Position numbers and translations under genes: made by a program | In this document: piece after piece, positions 25,589-38,318 of the stretch | Layout: each line of letters starts with the position of its first letter | How positions within the stretch are numbered: the stretch's first letter is position 1 | Notes under the pieces: generated by a model | Told to the model about the DNA's origin: nothing | Databases searched by the model: none | The model's input: only the letters and a program-made list of their open reading frames with translations | DNA from: Monocercomonoides exilis PA203 | Taxonomy: Eukaryota > Protista > Preaxostyla | Assembly (NCBI GenBank): GCA_001643675.2 | Contig: LSRY02000003.1 | Span: forward strand, 682,001 to 746,000 | DNA length: 64,000 nucleotides | Direction: 5' to 3'

Positions 25589-28131
25589 CAGTCAGTGCCA
25601 AAGCCGATCCATGGTGCGAAACCCGATCCTTATTGATATGCTGTATCGAAAATTTTGATATAAAAATCTCATCAACATCTTACAAAAAATAAAAACATGA
25701 TAAATTAACACAATAATCATCATTAATCTATGTTTAGTAATTAAGAAATCACAAGTCAATGAAATGATTGATGAAATAGAAAAGAACGAATATTTTCATT
25801 TTAAATTCTCATACAAGGAAAAAATGATTCAATGTTTGAGTTATAGAATAAATTAACACAAAAAAGTGATAAATATCAAGAAATGCAAAAAGTTTTTCCT
25901 AAAAACAGTTATCAGGATTTTGAATTTGATTATCACCCATATAACATGAGCAACAAAACATATCTCTCTCCTCTTCAACTTCATTACGAACTCGTATCCA
26001 ATAAATATCGTTCCATTCCTTCAACAACGAAAAAAATATTTGCAATTCGAAATGATTATTCACTGAAATGGCAAACTGCCGTGAATGAAAAACTTATATT
26101 GAAAGAAGCTTGGTTCAGGGGAATCAAAGCGCCGAAGGAAGGAATGGATGTTGGAGTTGATGGGCATCCTTTAACAATTAATTCGCGACAGCTCGAAATA
26201 ATAGAAAATCAAGTTCTTGTGAAGTTGTCAGAACAGGAAACTGTTCGAGTGCATGTAGTTCAAAACATGGTTTGATTTGTTTTTGACTTTTCATTTTTTA
26301 AATACACATTTTTATGAGTGTATGAATATTATCGAAAAGGATTCAACTGATGAAAACGAGCCAAGAAAAATAAACGAAAAATATGCGCACAAGTTGTCAA
26401 AAAGAAGTGAAATTATTCATACTGCAATTTCAAGGCCAACAGACATGTCAAAAATTACTGTTCAATCACCAGAGAATATCAGACAATTGTTTGAAGAATT
26501 GTCGAATGTGATAAACTAAAATCACATTGATTCATCGAAAATATTTAATTTTGATGAATCTTCGTTGAATTAAAGTGAAAGCACAAGCAAAATGGTTGTT
26601 TGTCGAAAAAATCAAATTCAGCTTGCTTCTACAGCTCCTCCGAAAGATCCCAAGTCAACTTTGTGTCTGTGTGTCTGTGCAGATGGTCCTTCACTTCAGT
26701 GATTTCTCCTTTGGCCCATGAAAAGTTTGCCACAAGAATTTTCATCGCTTTCTGCATTCGACATCAAAGTTCTTCCTTCTTCATCCGGTTGGATAACAAA
26801 AGAAATAGTTAAAAAAATCGTGATCAATAGCTGGATTCCCTGGATCGTGTTCAAAGTTAAGCCATCCACTACACATAAAGCCCTGTTTTTGATGGATAAT
26901 CATATTACTCATACAGGTGATTCTGTTTCAAGATCGGCTGAGGAACACAACATTATTATAAAATTCTTTCCTCCCAACATGACTCATTTTTTCAGCCATG
27001 TGATTCAAACAACTTCTCTCGTTTGAAAACAACGCTTTATAACAAGTTTCAAATTCCTTCTCCGTTTTCAATTCATTCAAACAGAGCATCACTTGCGGAT
27101 ATTCTCCCTGAAGCAGTAGCTGCAGCAACAATGCCTTCCACAATCAAATCAGCTTTCATTAAAAGCGGAGTTTGGTCTGTTGCTGCCGCCCCAGTTTTGG
27201 ATCGCATATCTGGATCACCAATACAGAATCTTAAAAGCAATTCTGAAACTTCTGTTTCATCCCGAGATTGGAGAGAAGAGTTGTTTTGGAATTATTCTCC
27301 TCTAAGCGACAAACAATTGTCTTCTTCACAACCTTCAAAGCATTCATCTCTGAAGAATTCTGAAATATAAAAAGAACCGACAAAATTGATCGTTAATCAC
27401 AGAAAATATTCTACTGACGAAAATTTCTCTAAAGAAAATACAACTGACGAAAAAACAACAGAAGGAGCAAATGAGATGGATGAATCAGAGCTAATGAAAC
27501 AAATTGGATCAACAAAAGAGCATTCACATTTTCTTCAAAAGCATCTTGTGAAAATTGGAAAACCAACTTCATCTTCTGAAAAGAAACGTGAGAATAAACA
27601 TAGTCGACAAGAACTTAATGAAATGTTGAATAAAGAACCAGCAAAGATAAAAAAGGTGTCGAGAAAAAAGTATAGAGAATAATTGAAATACTCAAAGACG
27701 ATGAAAAAGAAGAGAAATCAACTTCTTGCAACGAAATAAAATGTTTCGATCACACAACCCAGAGAGAGATTTCTCCTTCATTCAATTTGAAAGAGAAACG
27801 CATTAGAGAAACATACCACTCTAAATATAACTCCAATAGTAAACTCCAGTCTTCATACCATTATGACGAATAAACTTGAAGTCTTCTTTTTGAAGAATTG
27901 CTTCATATCGATTATTTTTAACTATACATATAAAATACTTAAACAAAATGTATTTTCTTTGTTTATTATTTCATAAGAAAATTTCAAATATGTTGCCAAA
28001 CACTTGGTTTCAACGAACAGTTGAATATATTTAGTCTTTCATTTAAGTAATATTAAACAACTTCGAAAAATTATTGCATTCTCTATTTCTCTCTTTCTCT
28101 TTTTCTCTTTTTCTCTTTTTCTCTCTTTCTC

Positions 28132-28178
<47 letters not shown>

Positions 28179-28224
28179 CTCTTGGTTCGGGTTTCGCGCC
28201 ATGGATCGGCTTTGGCACTGACTG
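25589..28224 (+). mobile_element. pogo/Fot1-like (Tc1/mariner superfamily) DNA transposon with a pseudogenised DD35D transposase
   Basis: 41-bp TIRs CAGTCAGTGCCAAAGCCGATCCATGG(T/C)GCGAAACCCGA(T/A)CC at 25589-25629 and 28184-28224 (2 mismatches), with TA on both sides. Motifs IFNFDES, CADG, SSGWI, LFLMDNHITH, FPPNMTHF(fs)QPCD are split by stops and frameshifts. Confidence 0.93.
28088..28183. repeat. (CTTT)n/CT-rich microsatellite just inside the right pogo TIR
   Basis: Seen directly. Confidence 0.9.
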
Positions 28225-28329
28225 TATTTGTGTTTTTTTTTGTAATTTCAACTATTTCACCAAAAATCATCATTTTTTTATAAAAGTTCAAAAGCTTTTA
28301 AATGAATAACGAAACGAAAATAAATTTTG

Positions 28330-29300
28330 ATGTTGGATATTTGGAACCTTACTGAAAGAAAAGGTTCCCAAAGGCATGAGATACAGGATTCCAATGAATT
28401 TGATTAAAGAAAATTCAAGGATGAAATATTAGAGGAGCAAAAAATGCAGAGTTCAACATTCATTATTTAATTAAAGTCAATCACACACAATGCATTTTAT
28501 AATTGGGAAAGTGCTAACGATTATTCTCTTTTTTTGGATTGGAATGACCATCAAACATGAAAATCTTCTGCTAAATATTCACATGTACTCAGTAGGTTTT
28601 TGGCACTGTGCATACAGATATGCTTTCTCACAGTTCCTAATAAACAAGCCTAAACAACTTGTAGGTGAAGGCAAGACAGTGGAAATAGATGAATGTTTGT
28701 TGCTTCGGAGAAAATATCGAAAAGGAAGGAACAAGAGGCAACAATTGCTTTTTCAAGCAATCGAAAGAAGAGAGGGGAAAAAAGTATGAAAAAAAAGAAA
28801 TGGAAAGTCAAAGATCGTTCAAGAAAATCATTGATGATTATTATTAAAAATAACGTTTATTTTCTGGAACAACAAATGTGATGGATTCATGAAGGACATA
28901 TGGAACACTGGCAAAAAAAAGGCTACACTTACATGGCTTTTATTCATGATCGACATATTGAAGATTTAATTTCTTGGAATATGCAAGAAAACTGTTGAAA
29001 GAATATGGCACTATTGTTGAGAGTCTCAACAAATTGTCGGAATGCTAAACTCATAAATCAAAAAGTCCTTTTTTTCTTCATTCATTGTAAAAAACTGTTT
29101 CTATTAGATTTTCACTAAATTTGTTATATTGACCTGCAAAAACAAGAAGAAATTGATGAAGACGACAATAATTTTGAAAATTATGAACGATAATAGTTCC
29201 AGATACTGACTATATCGTTGAATACAACTCTGAAAATTAATCTCTGTAAGTTTTAATGAATTAAAAGCAGTCGACTGTGAATCAGGTTCAGAATAACATT
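28330..29300 (+). pseudogene. Highly decayed Merlin/IS1595-like transposase relic
   Basis: KQLVGEGKTVEIDECLLLRRKYRKGR in ORF 28490..28789; downstream fragments are collinear with the 40238 transposase. No TIRs found, so boundaries are approximate. Confidence 0.8.
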
Positions 29301-29351
29301 ATAGCAATTTATTTATTTCTTAAATTATTTTTTATTTTTTGTTAATTTATT

Positions 29352-29593
29352 TGTCGAAAATTTTTTGAAAAGTTCCTTTTGCATAATTTTCAAATAAAGA
29401 AAAATTTTCATATTTCGATCAAATTTCTGTTTCCACTCACGAAACTTCACAAAATGGAAATACAAACATTGCCAAGATTCTATTTTCATAACAGCTAAAT
29501 TTTGTGAGTGGGAACAGAAATTTGATCGAAATATGAAATTTTTATTTTGATTAAAAATTAAACAAAAGGAATTTTTCAAAAAAAATATAGACA
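29352..29593. repeat. Imperfect foldback / MITE-like inverted repeat (~97-bp arms, ~50-bp loop)
   Basis: CATATTTCGATCAAATTTCTGTTTCCACTCAC pairs with GTGAGTGGGAACAGAAATTTGATCGAAATATG; weaker pairing extends to TGTC...GACA. Confidence 0.85.
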
Positions 29594-30219
29594 TTTTTTT
29601 TATAATTTTCCTCGAGAATTTTTCAAGTTTAAATAGCAATTAGGTTCTTAATTTTTAATAAACACTCTCGATACATATTGGTGAATATTTTTGAAATCAT
29701 AACATTTATCTGAGTATTGATTCTTCAAGAGCATAATTTCTTTGGAGATTGTTTATTCATTCAACAGAAAAAAGGAATAACAATTGTTCGAAACGACAAT
29801 GTTTGAGATTATATTCATGAAAAAATAAAATTTTGAAAGGAATATTAACTTTTCAGTGTTCATTTTTCATTATTCAAAGTGGATTTTCTAACCGAACTTT
29901 TTGATGGAGAAAATATGGATTCAAAAATAATCACCCATATAAGGGGAAATCTTAACAATTTAGTTCTTTCAAATTTCAAGTCTGTTAATATTTGAATAAG
30001 TAGTGTGTTCTAATCAACTTTGAATAAAAAATGAAGAAAAAAGCATAGTTATCAAATAGGAATAACTCAAAAAATATATCATAATTCGAACGCAAAAATA
30101 GTTTGGAGAAACAAAATTATCCAATGTCCACGAATTCTGATACAATAAAAATACACACGAAATGATTATTTCATAATATATTCAATATAAAAAGAAAAAT
30201 GTTGTGATTCCTTCGGTAT

Positions 30220-33200
30220 TTACGATGATGCAATTCCCATTGCAATTTCCACATTTCTCCTGTTTTTGATCCGGAAAAGGCGGACTTGCTCTTCAATGGC
30301 CTCCTTAAACTTCACAGCCAATTCCTCCGAAGCAAATCGAAACGAAAAAATCCGATAGCAGTATTTTTCCTCCTCTGCCACTGGAATGGGCATCGTCATC
30401 GTTGATGTGATTGCCGTCGTCATGCACATAGTCATCGTTGCAGTGCTGTCCACATTCTCATTCCACGTCTGATACAAACTCTCATCACGCAGCACATCCC
30501 GCTCCTGCCTGTCTCGCGACTCCGCATCCAGCACTTCGTTCACTGGCATCACCACACACAGCCGGATCGCTGCTATTTCGCCCACTTTCAGCGAGATGCT
30601 GTCCAACAAAGCAAGCTCCACAAGCCGTTTGAACGTCATCTGCTTCTTCTCGTCCATCAGGTTGATCATTATGCAGTCCTCAAAAAGGATCAGCCTCACG
30701 CTCTGCTTGTGCCGCGATACCATCTCCTGCTCCTCCATGTCCTTGCACGACTGGAACCTCTTCCTGTCTCTCAGCTGCTTCTTGCTCTTTTCGTTGTTCG
30801 TGATCGCATACTGCGTCGGCAATGTCATCGTTGCCGGCGGTTGGGACGCCGCCAGCTCTTCTGGCGACGATGAAAGCATCACAGTTGTCGAAGTAGAAGC
30901 GGGCAGGCTGACGAGCGAAGATGAAGACGAGGAAGAAGACGGGGATGAAGAAGAAGAGGAAGGTTCAGGAATCACACAAGTTGTTGGAGAATATTTGGGT
31001 GTCTGACTTTCCAACTGTGACATCGAAGAAGAACGTGAAGCAAGCTGAGGGAAATGACGCGGAATGGTGACTGACTGAACTTTTCTGTTGAGCTCCTGCC
31101 TTGTCTCATCTTCTCCTGACACGCCAGCCGCTGACATTGTGCGAGTCAACGAAGAGCCTGAAGCAGTCTGCGTCCTTCGCAGACTGCCAGAAGACCGTGA
31201 CGATGCGCTGAGGCGGTGCTGCAAGGACCGCTCGGCGAGCTTCGCAGCAGCCTCTGAGCGCAGAATAGAGGCACTGTTACCAACACCAACGACAACCTTC
31301 ATTCCCAAAGCTTTCTTCTGCGCTATGTCCAAGTCGAGTGCATCGCACGTGTCCTTCAGATCTGCCAGCAACTCCGCTTTTGTGTCCTTCACAAACGTCC
31401 GCGGGTTCTCCAGCAGTGCACAGCGCTGGCTTTCCGTGCAGCGCACCTGCTTCAGGAGATGGATGAGGAACTTGCGCGCGAACGTCAGTTTCACATACTG
31501 ATTGATCTCGTCGATGGTCTTCTTGAGCGACTGCACCGCCTGCTCCATCATCTTCCGCTGGGGCGTGCCTGGCTCGATCTTGGAGCAGATGGCACGCAGC
31601 ATTGCCACATACATCGGCAGCCGTGGCACAGGAGCCTCCATCAGCTCTTCAAACGTGTTGCCTTCGCTGTTAGGGTTCTGCTCTGCCTCGTCAAGCGCAG
31701 CCGCAAATGGTGGGCAGTGCTCAGTCAGATGCTGGATCTTCTGCCTCCGCTTGTTCCCATTCTTCACAAAGAGCGCATAGCACTTCATCGACCCCACAGC
31801 TGTCATAAATACTTCGCCCAGATTGTCTCCGTCGCGCACTTCAACACAGTCCTTAATCTCTGCCAGCAGGTTCTCGTGTGCAGTGATGATGTGCGGAACC
31901 CCTTCGAACATCATCTCCAAATCGTCCTCCTCGTGCATCTCCTCCAGAAACGGTACAATCTTCTTCTTCCGCTTCTCCAGCGTCTTCCGAAACACGCTGT
32001 CCAGAATGTGCAAGTTGTGGCAGTAGCTCTCTTCTTCCTGGAGAAGCATAGTCAGGTACTTCATCTTCTGCTCCTCTCTCGCCTGCTTCTTGCTCATGTA
32101 CAGCATCAGATCCTCTTGCGTGCTGAAGTCGTCGCTGCTGTCTGCATTCCACTGCCCTCTCCTTCTCCTCTGCAGCTCGCCCACATTCACACCCCGCTGC
32201 GCCAGCTCCTGCAGCACTCGTCTGTCCTCGTTCTCTCTATCAGCGCTCATCTGCTGCACGATTTCTTCTCTCTTCTGCTTCATCTGGTTGCCCTGTGTGT
32301 TGATGTACTGGTTGATGTTGCTGCACTCCTCTGCTGTCTCAAAGTAGAACACCAGCCGCAGCGTCGTGAACTTCTCTACATCTGAATTCGGAACACGGAA
32401 GTATGATGCAACTTCCTTCGCATCGCCCGGGCAGTCTGTGTGGTAGTTCGAGGGCACTTTCAGATACACCCTCAGCTCTTCTCCAGCATCGCTGCGGAAT
32501 GGCGTCATCACCTGGCTCGGTGCAGAAGAAGAGGAAGACGCAGATTCGGTGTCGGAATCAGCCAGCCGAGATGTCATCAGTGAGTTGAGGAGGAAGTGCA
32601 GCGGGAAGAGATGGCCGAATGTTTGATAGATTGTGTTCTTCTTCTTCTTCTTCTTCAGATCCACAAAGGAGAAGCAGATAGAGTCTGTGAAGACGTACAA
32701 GTGCACGTCAAACAGCTGGTCCTTCTGGAGGATCTTTGCAGGGCTGTCAGCAACGCACCCTCTGCCTGGGATGAGCAAGTGCGATATATCTGGAATCTTA
32801 TCCATCTTCTCCACTGCCTCCTTCAGCTTCTCTCCGAAACTTGCGATGTTCATCGACTGGTTGATCGACTGGATAATCTCCTCCATTTTGTGCAGGGCTG
32901 CCTCCAGCGACGGCTGCTCGGGGTCTCCCTCGGGTGTGTATGCCAGCAGGTTTGCCAGCAGCATCTTGTATCTCGGCAGTCTCTGCACCGGATAGACGAG
33001 ATGCGACGCCAGCTTCAGATTGGCACACTCTGGTTTTCTCGCTGCTTCTGCGTCGAACTCGGCGAAGCGGCGGCTTTTGCTGACGAGCTCGCTCACGCGT
33101 GTCTGGGCGCGGTGGTTGTTGTTGTAGTAAGGCGTGTAGCAGAGGAGAGAGGGCCCTTGTGTCAGGAAGACATCGCCAATGCCGTCGCCGTTGCGCTCTT

Positions 33201-35071
33201 TGCACTGCTGCAGCTCAGACAGAAGCATCGTGTTCACCACAAGCAGCTGCTCCACATTGGAGAAGATCACTTTGATGTCGCTCGGCTGCAGCTTGAACTC
33301 CTCCCGGCGCTTCTCCATTGGACGCTTGTAGACCTGAAAAAATGGAAAAGAAAGATAGAAAAGTAGAGAAAATGAATTATAAAAAAAAATTTTTTTTGAA
33401 TTGAAGCATTTGACAAATGTTCAAGAATTAAATAATGTTATTCGCAAAGAAAATTACGAATAAAAAACATTACAATCAATTTTAAAATATATGTTAATAA
33501 ATCAGAATTCTAAAAGTAAATCAATAAATATAAAATTGAACTCATAAATTTTCAAGTGTAACATTTGAATTCACTATAAATCACAAGACATACATAGACA
33601 AGGTTGTTCAGCTGCTGCACGTATCTCTCTTCTGTCTGTATTGTCTCATTCACCACATTCATCCTCTGCTTCTTCAGACGCTCCAACGCCTCATTCGCTT
33701 GGATTTCTTCGGGTGTTTGTGCAACTGCTTCTGTTTCTGTAGATGGAGACTGAGAAGAAGAAGAAGAAGAAGAAGAAGAAGAGCTGGCTGGCTGATAAGG
33801 TGGTGCAGACAAATCAGAAGCACTTGAATTAGTTGCCTGTCTCGATGGTTCTGTTGACAATACTGAAGCAGAAGTAGAAGCAGAAGCAGAAGCTGATGCT
33901 GATGTTGATGTTGATGGCTGAGCCTGTTCCGATGCCAAAGGAGCAGTCAAATCAGCCGGCAGCACAATCGTCGCGGTGATTCCGTCGTCCTTCATAATCT
34001 CTCTTTCCCAGTTTCGTTCTTCTTGTTCTCTCCGCTGCTGCCTCTCTTCTGATGCCCGGTGCATCTCCTGCTGCAGCTGCGCTGGTGTCGGCGCCGTACC
34101 GGCTGGCCCTTCCTTTCCCTGATGTCCAAACACTCCAGAGGGCACAGGCTGTCGAGACGGAGCTTGTGGGGAGGATGAAGGAGGGTGGGAAGGTTGTACT
34201 GTCTGCTTTGAGAGAGAAAATGAAGGTGACTGACTGGATCGAGAAGGATGCGCTTCATCTCTACTTGGTCCAGTTGCAAGACGAGAAGAAGGAGAAACGT
34301 TGTGAGCAGAAGATAAAGCTTCAGATGTTTTAGGATTGTATGAAGGAATAGTTGTGCGTCTGCGTTCATTCTCTCTTTCATTTGTAACTGATGGTCCATC
34401 TTCATTGCTGCTTGAATCGGAATCTGATTCTGTTTCAGAATCTTCCAAATCAATCACAATGCTCTCTTCATTTTTATTTTTTTGTGGAGGTACTTTTCCC
34501 TTTTCAGATCTGCCAGAAGTTCTCTGTTGATTCCCACCTTGCCTTGCCCTTGATTCATCTTCAGATTCTGATGTTGATTCACTGGAAGTTGTGCTGCTAC
34601 TTTCGCTTTCTGACTCTTCTTCTTCACTGTCATCATCTTTTGTTCCTCTTTTTGTTTTTTGTGGTTGTTTATTTTTCACAAGAGCAGTAACATTATTTGA
34701 AGATGAAGTTGTTGTGGCAGATATTGCTGTACTTTCATTTCTTGAAGCACCAAATGCATTTGGATGTACATCATTAATTGGGGTAATTGGTTCTTCGTCT
34801 TCCTCATCACTTAGAAGATCCAAGTCAATAACAATCTCTTCAGGCTCAGTTGAATCAAGAGGGGTAATTGGTTCACTATCATCATTCTCTTCTTCAGATA
34901 TATCAGGAGGAGGTGGCGGCGGTGGAGGCAAGTCGTCATCAAAATTGCTTTCGTTTGATGGAAAAGCTTAATGATATAATGAATTCAAAAATAATAATAG
35001 TTTAATAGCAAAAACAAAAGCTTTATAAAAAGGCCAATGATTAAATTACAACTTTCACTATTAGCGCTCAT
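30220..35071 (-). CDS. RhoGEF with two DH(-PH) modules and a Pro/acidic/Ser-rich N-terminus (~1500 aa, 3 exons)
   Basis: Exons 35071-35053, 34967-33594, 33333-30220. DH1: RMNVVNETIQTEERYV..IFSNVEQL..PVQRLPRYKMLL. DH2: LLQEEESYCHNL..PVPRLPMY. PH-like VHLYVFTD and VRLILFED. Confidence 0.9.
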
Positions 35072-35178
35072 AATTTACAATTGTACTTATTCCAGACGCG
35101 CAGTTTTATTGAGGGATTTTCCAAGAACAACAAAAATAAAAATTGATCTAAAAAATAATAATAATTCTGAAAGGATTA
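35072..35178. promoter_or_regulatory. Probable bidirectional promoter between RhoGEF and UBE2W
   Basis: Divergent predicted ATGs separated by only 107 bp. Confidence 0.55.
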
Positions 35179-35897
35179 ATGAGCTGTCCTTTGTTGACAG
35201 ATCGTGCAAAAAGGAGAATAATGCACGATATATCTGAAATACAACGAGAGAAGCCAGCTTGTATTGAACTAGTTCCGAATGATTCTGCTATTAACAAGTA
35301 TTGCTATTTTTTGATTGTTTTGTGAATGTTAATTATTAAAAAGATTGGACGTTTGGATAACTGGGCCTCCAGATTCTATATATGAAGGCGAAAGATTTTT
35401 GCTTCGTTTTGTTTTTGACTCTAACTATCCAATTGATAATCCAATGGTTACATTTGTTCCACCATATGTACCAAAACATAAGGTTTCAATTGTTTTAAAT
35501 TTATTTTAACGTTTTACATATATTTTTATAGCATTGTTATTCAAATGGTCACATATGTTTATCAATTCTATATGCACAACATTGGTCTCCAGCAATGAGT
35601 TTGAATGTTTTTTTACTGCTCGAACTTTTTCAAATAGCGAAATAAAAAAAATCTTTTTTATTTTTGCATTTAAAGCTGTTGAAAGTGTATGCATGAGCAT
35701 AATAAGTATGCTGAGTTCCGCCAAAGTTAAGGTATTTTTAATTAGAAGTTTTTACATTGAAAAGATAACAAATTATTATCACAATCTTATAAAATTCATC
35801 AAAACAGAGCACTCCTCCAGGGGACGCAATGCATTCAATGCAAGCTCATTCTGATCCTCGTAAGACAAGATGGATATTTGAAGATAGCAAATGTTGA
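35179..35897 (+). CDS. UBE2W: Ubiquitin-conjugating enzyme E2 W (5 exons)
   Basis: Spliced translation MSCPLLTDRAKRRIMHD..GPPDSIYEGERF..YPIDNP..HCYSNGHICLSILY..WSPAM..VCMSIISMLSS..PRKTRWIFEDSKC. SNGHICLSIL and the W-x-x-x-D-x-x-C end are UBE2W hallmarks. Confidence 0.92.
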
Positions 35898-36174
35898 TAG
35901 ACAAGGTCACAAAGAATAAAATATATTCATCGTTTAATGATTCTGAAAGCGAATTATCAATTTTGCAGCATGTTCACGCTGAAGTTATGCAAAGGCAAGT
36001 TTTATCCTCACTTCAATTGTTAAGTTTTAATTTTTTGGATTCTATATTTCATTTTTAATAGCCATCATTTATTTGGAAAATGATGGTTTAGATCTATTTT
36101 TTATCTCTTTGCAAATATTATTTTCTGCATTTTATTATTCATTACAATATTTATATTAACAAAAAACTTGCAGA

Positions 36175-37288
36175 ATGAATTGTAAAGAAGAGCAAAAAAT
36201 GGAGCTGGAAGCTTTAAAATCTGTTTATATGGAAGAGTATACCGGTTTGTAATATTTGTAATTATTTTAAATGAGTAGATTGCAATTTATTTATTTATTT
36301 TAATTACTGATTTTAATTTTCTGGAAATTTTGGTTTTTGAATTAATAATTAAGAAAAACCTTCGGGTAAATGGAGATTTTCATTACTTGTGTTAGAAGAT
36401 GGTGAGGAAGGCAAAAGTATGTGAAATTGCTTTGACTATCATTCATTAAACGCTTTTCTAATAAATTCTAAATTGACATAAAGAAATTAGTTGCGTTCTA
36501 TTTGTTTCTTATCCTTCAAATTATCCTGAAAGTGAACCACCTGTTTTTGATGTGTGTAAAAATTAAAATCAATTTATTTTTTTAAATAAAGTTTTTTAAA
36601 GATTCGTTCGTTTCAAGGTGTTTATGAAAATAAAAAAGATTTAATTATGAATGAACTAAAGCAATTGGTTTGAATTTTCATTTGATAAAAAGGTTTAACA
36701 CTTTCCAGTGTGAAGAAAATTTAGGAGAGCAAGTGATTTTTATGCTTATTGACCGCCTAAAGGAACTTCTTGTAGATAATCAAATAAGATTCACTTCTCT
36801 GACCAAATCAAGTGAAGGAAAGGAAAGCTCAAAAGATAGTGAAGATGAATCAGATGATGAAAGAGAGCTTGATGAAGAAGAATTAGAAGCAGAAGAGAAG
36901 AGAAGAGAAGAAGAGTTGAATGCACAAATGGAAAAAGAAATGGAAGAACTTGAAATTAAAAGAAAAAAAGGAACACCCTTTTCTGTTGAAGAGTTTAAGG
37001 TTTGCACAAGCATTTAATGAACTCATCGAATTATCAGGATTTTTAATCATTGTTTTAATTGTTTCAATTTTCATTACTTAGAAATGGAAAGAAGTGTTTG
37101 AAGCAGAAAGAATTTCCAAATTTGGTTCATCTACAGCGTCTGCTTCTTCAGTTACAAAACATCTCGCTCAACAATCTTCTTCCACTCCTTCCTCTTCTTC
37201 AGCAACACCTCAAATAAATAGAATGACTGGTAGGCAATTATTTGAGAGTGGTGTATTAAATGCAACAGACGAACCAGATATCGAATGA
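36175..37288 (+). CDS. RWDD1: RWD-domain protein 1 (DFRP2/Gir2-like), 6 exons
   Basis: EEQKMELEALKSVY, YPSNYP, CEENLGEQVIF, GTPFSVEEFKKWKEVFEAE, MTGRQLFE. Confidence 0.88.
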
Positions 37289-37844
37289 ATTATATGAGGG
37301 TAAGTAGAATTAGGAAAATATTTTTTTGATAATTATCTTTTTTGTAATTTTCAAGCATAATATAAGTTATAGATTAAAATAGGTTTATAAATCAATAAAA
37401 TAGAATTAATTACTTTTATGTCAAATGGTCATACATCTCATTCTTTTTTCTAAACTTTTTTTGCAAATTTTATGATAAGAAAAACTATCGATTGAAAGAT
37501 TCTTTAGTTTTTCATAATATCAGAAAGAACAAAACTAAAAACATCAATCACAGTTTTTTGAATCCAAAACATTTTAAAAAATCCAAATATCTCAATGAAA
37601 AAAACAGAAAATTAATTGTAAATCATTTTTCATCTATAAATACAATACGAACAAAAAATAACTATCACTTTTCAAATTCAATTCCGATTGAACATCATCA
37701 ACTTACAAAACATTTAAGAAAATAACACATAAAAAAATTTGCAAAAAAAAATTTTCAACAACTCCACTCAAAAAAAAAGAAACAAAAAATTTTTTGATAA
37801 TCACAAAAGCATATTGCACAAAATGAGAAAATTCCTAATCAAAC

Positions 37845-38143
37845 GATGGTTGAAATTTTATGTTTTGGTGTTTTAGCGTGGATAATGCATCGTGTTTCTG
37901 AATGAGGTAATTTATCAATTTCCTCTTTTCCTTTCAAAGCTTTAGCCAAGCGAGGACCTCCCAGCCGCTTGAATACGATGTTTATTGACCCAACGTCATT
38001 CGTCTCGTTAAAAAGTGTGTCTAATTGCTTGATAAAATCCTTTAATCTCAAAAACATTTTTGAAATGTGGTTCACAAAAAATTTTTTATCAAAAATATCA
38101 AAGTGCTTTGAATTAACTCAACCTTCAATAAATAATTTTTCAT
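37845..38143 (-). pseudogene. SRP14: Truncated SRP14 duplicate (exons 1-2 only)
   Basis: Mirror copy of 42164-42462. The arm ends inside intron 2, so exon 3 is absent. Confidence 0.85.
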
Positions 38144-38247
38144 CCAATAGAAATTGATGATTGTCCAGAATTTGGGAGGATAAGCACATTATTCTCATTT
38201 TTCGCTTATTTAAAAATTTTTAAATAAAAATTTTGAAAAACAAAAAG

Positions 38248-38318
38248 TGCATTAGCCGGGACTTGAACCCGGGTCGCTAGCTTGGAAGGCTAGCATGCTG
38301 CCCCTATACCACTAATGC
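38248..38318 (-). tRNA. tRNA-Gly (TCC)
   Basis: Exact reverse complement of 41989-42059. Confidence 0.95.

Noticed and set aside
35179-37288. Functional cluster of UBC-fold genes (UBE2W next to RWDD1)
   Set aside because: Both are ordinary conserved eukaryotic genes; adjacency alone is not evidence of a functional link.
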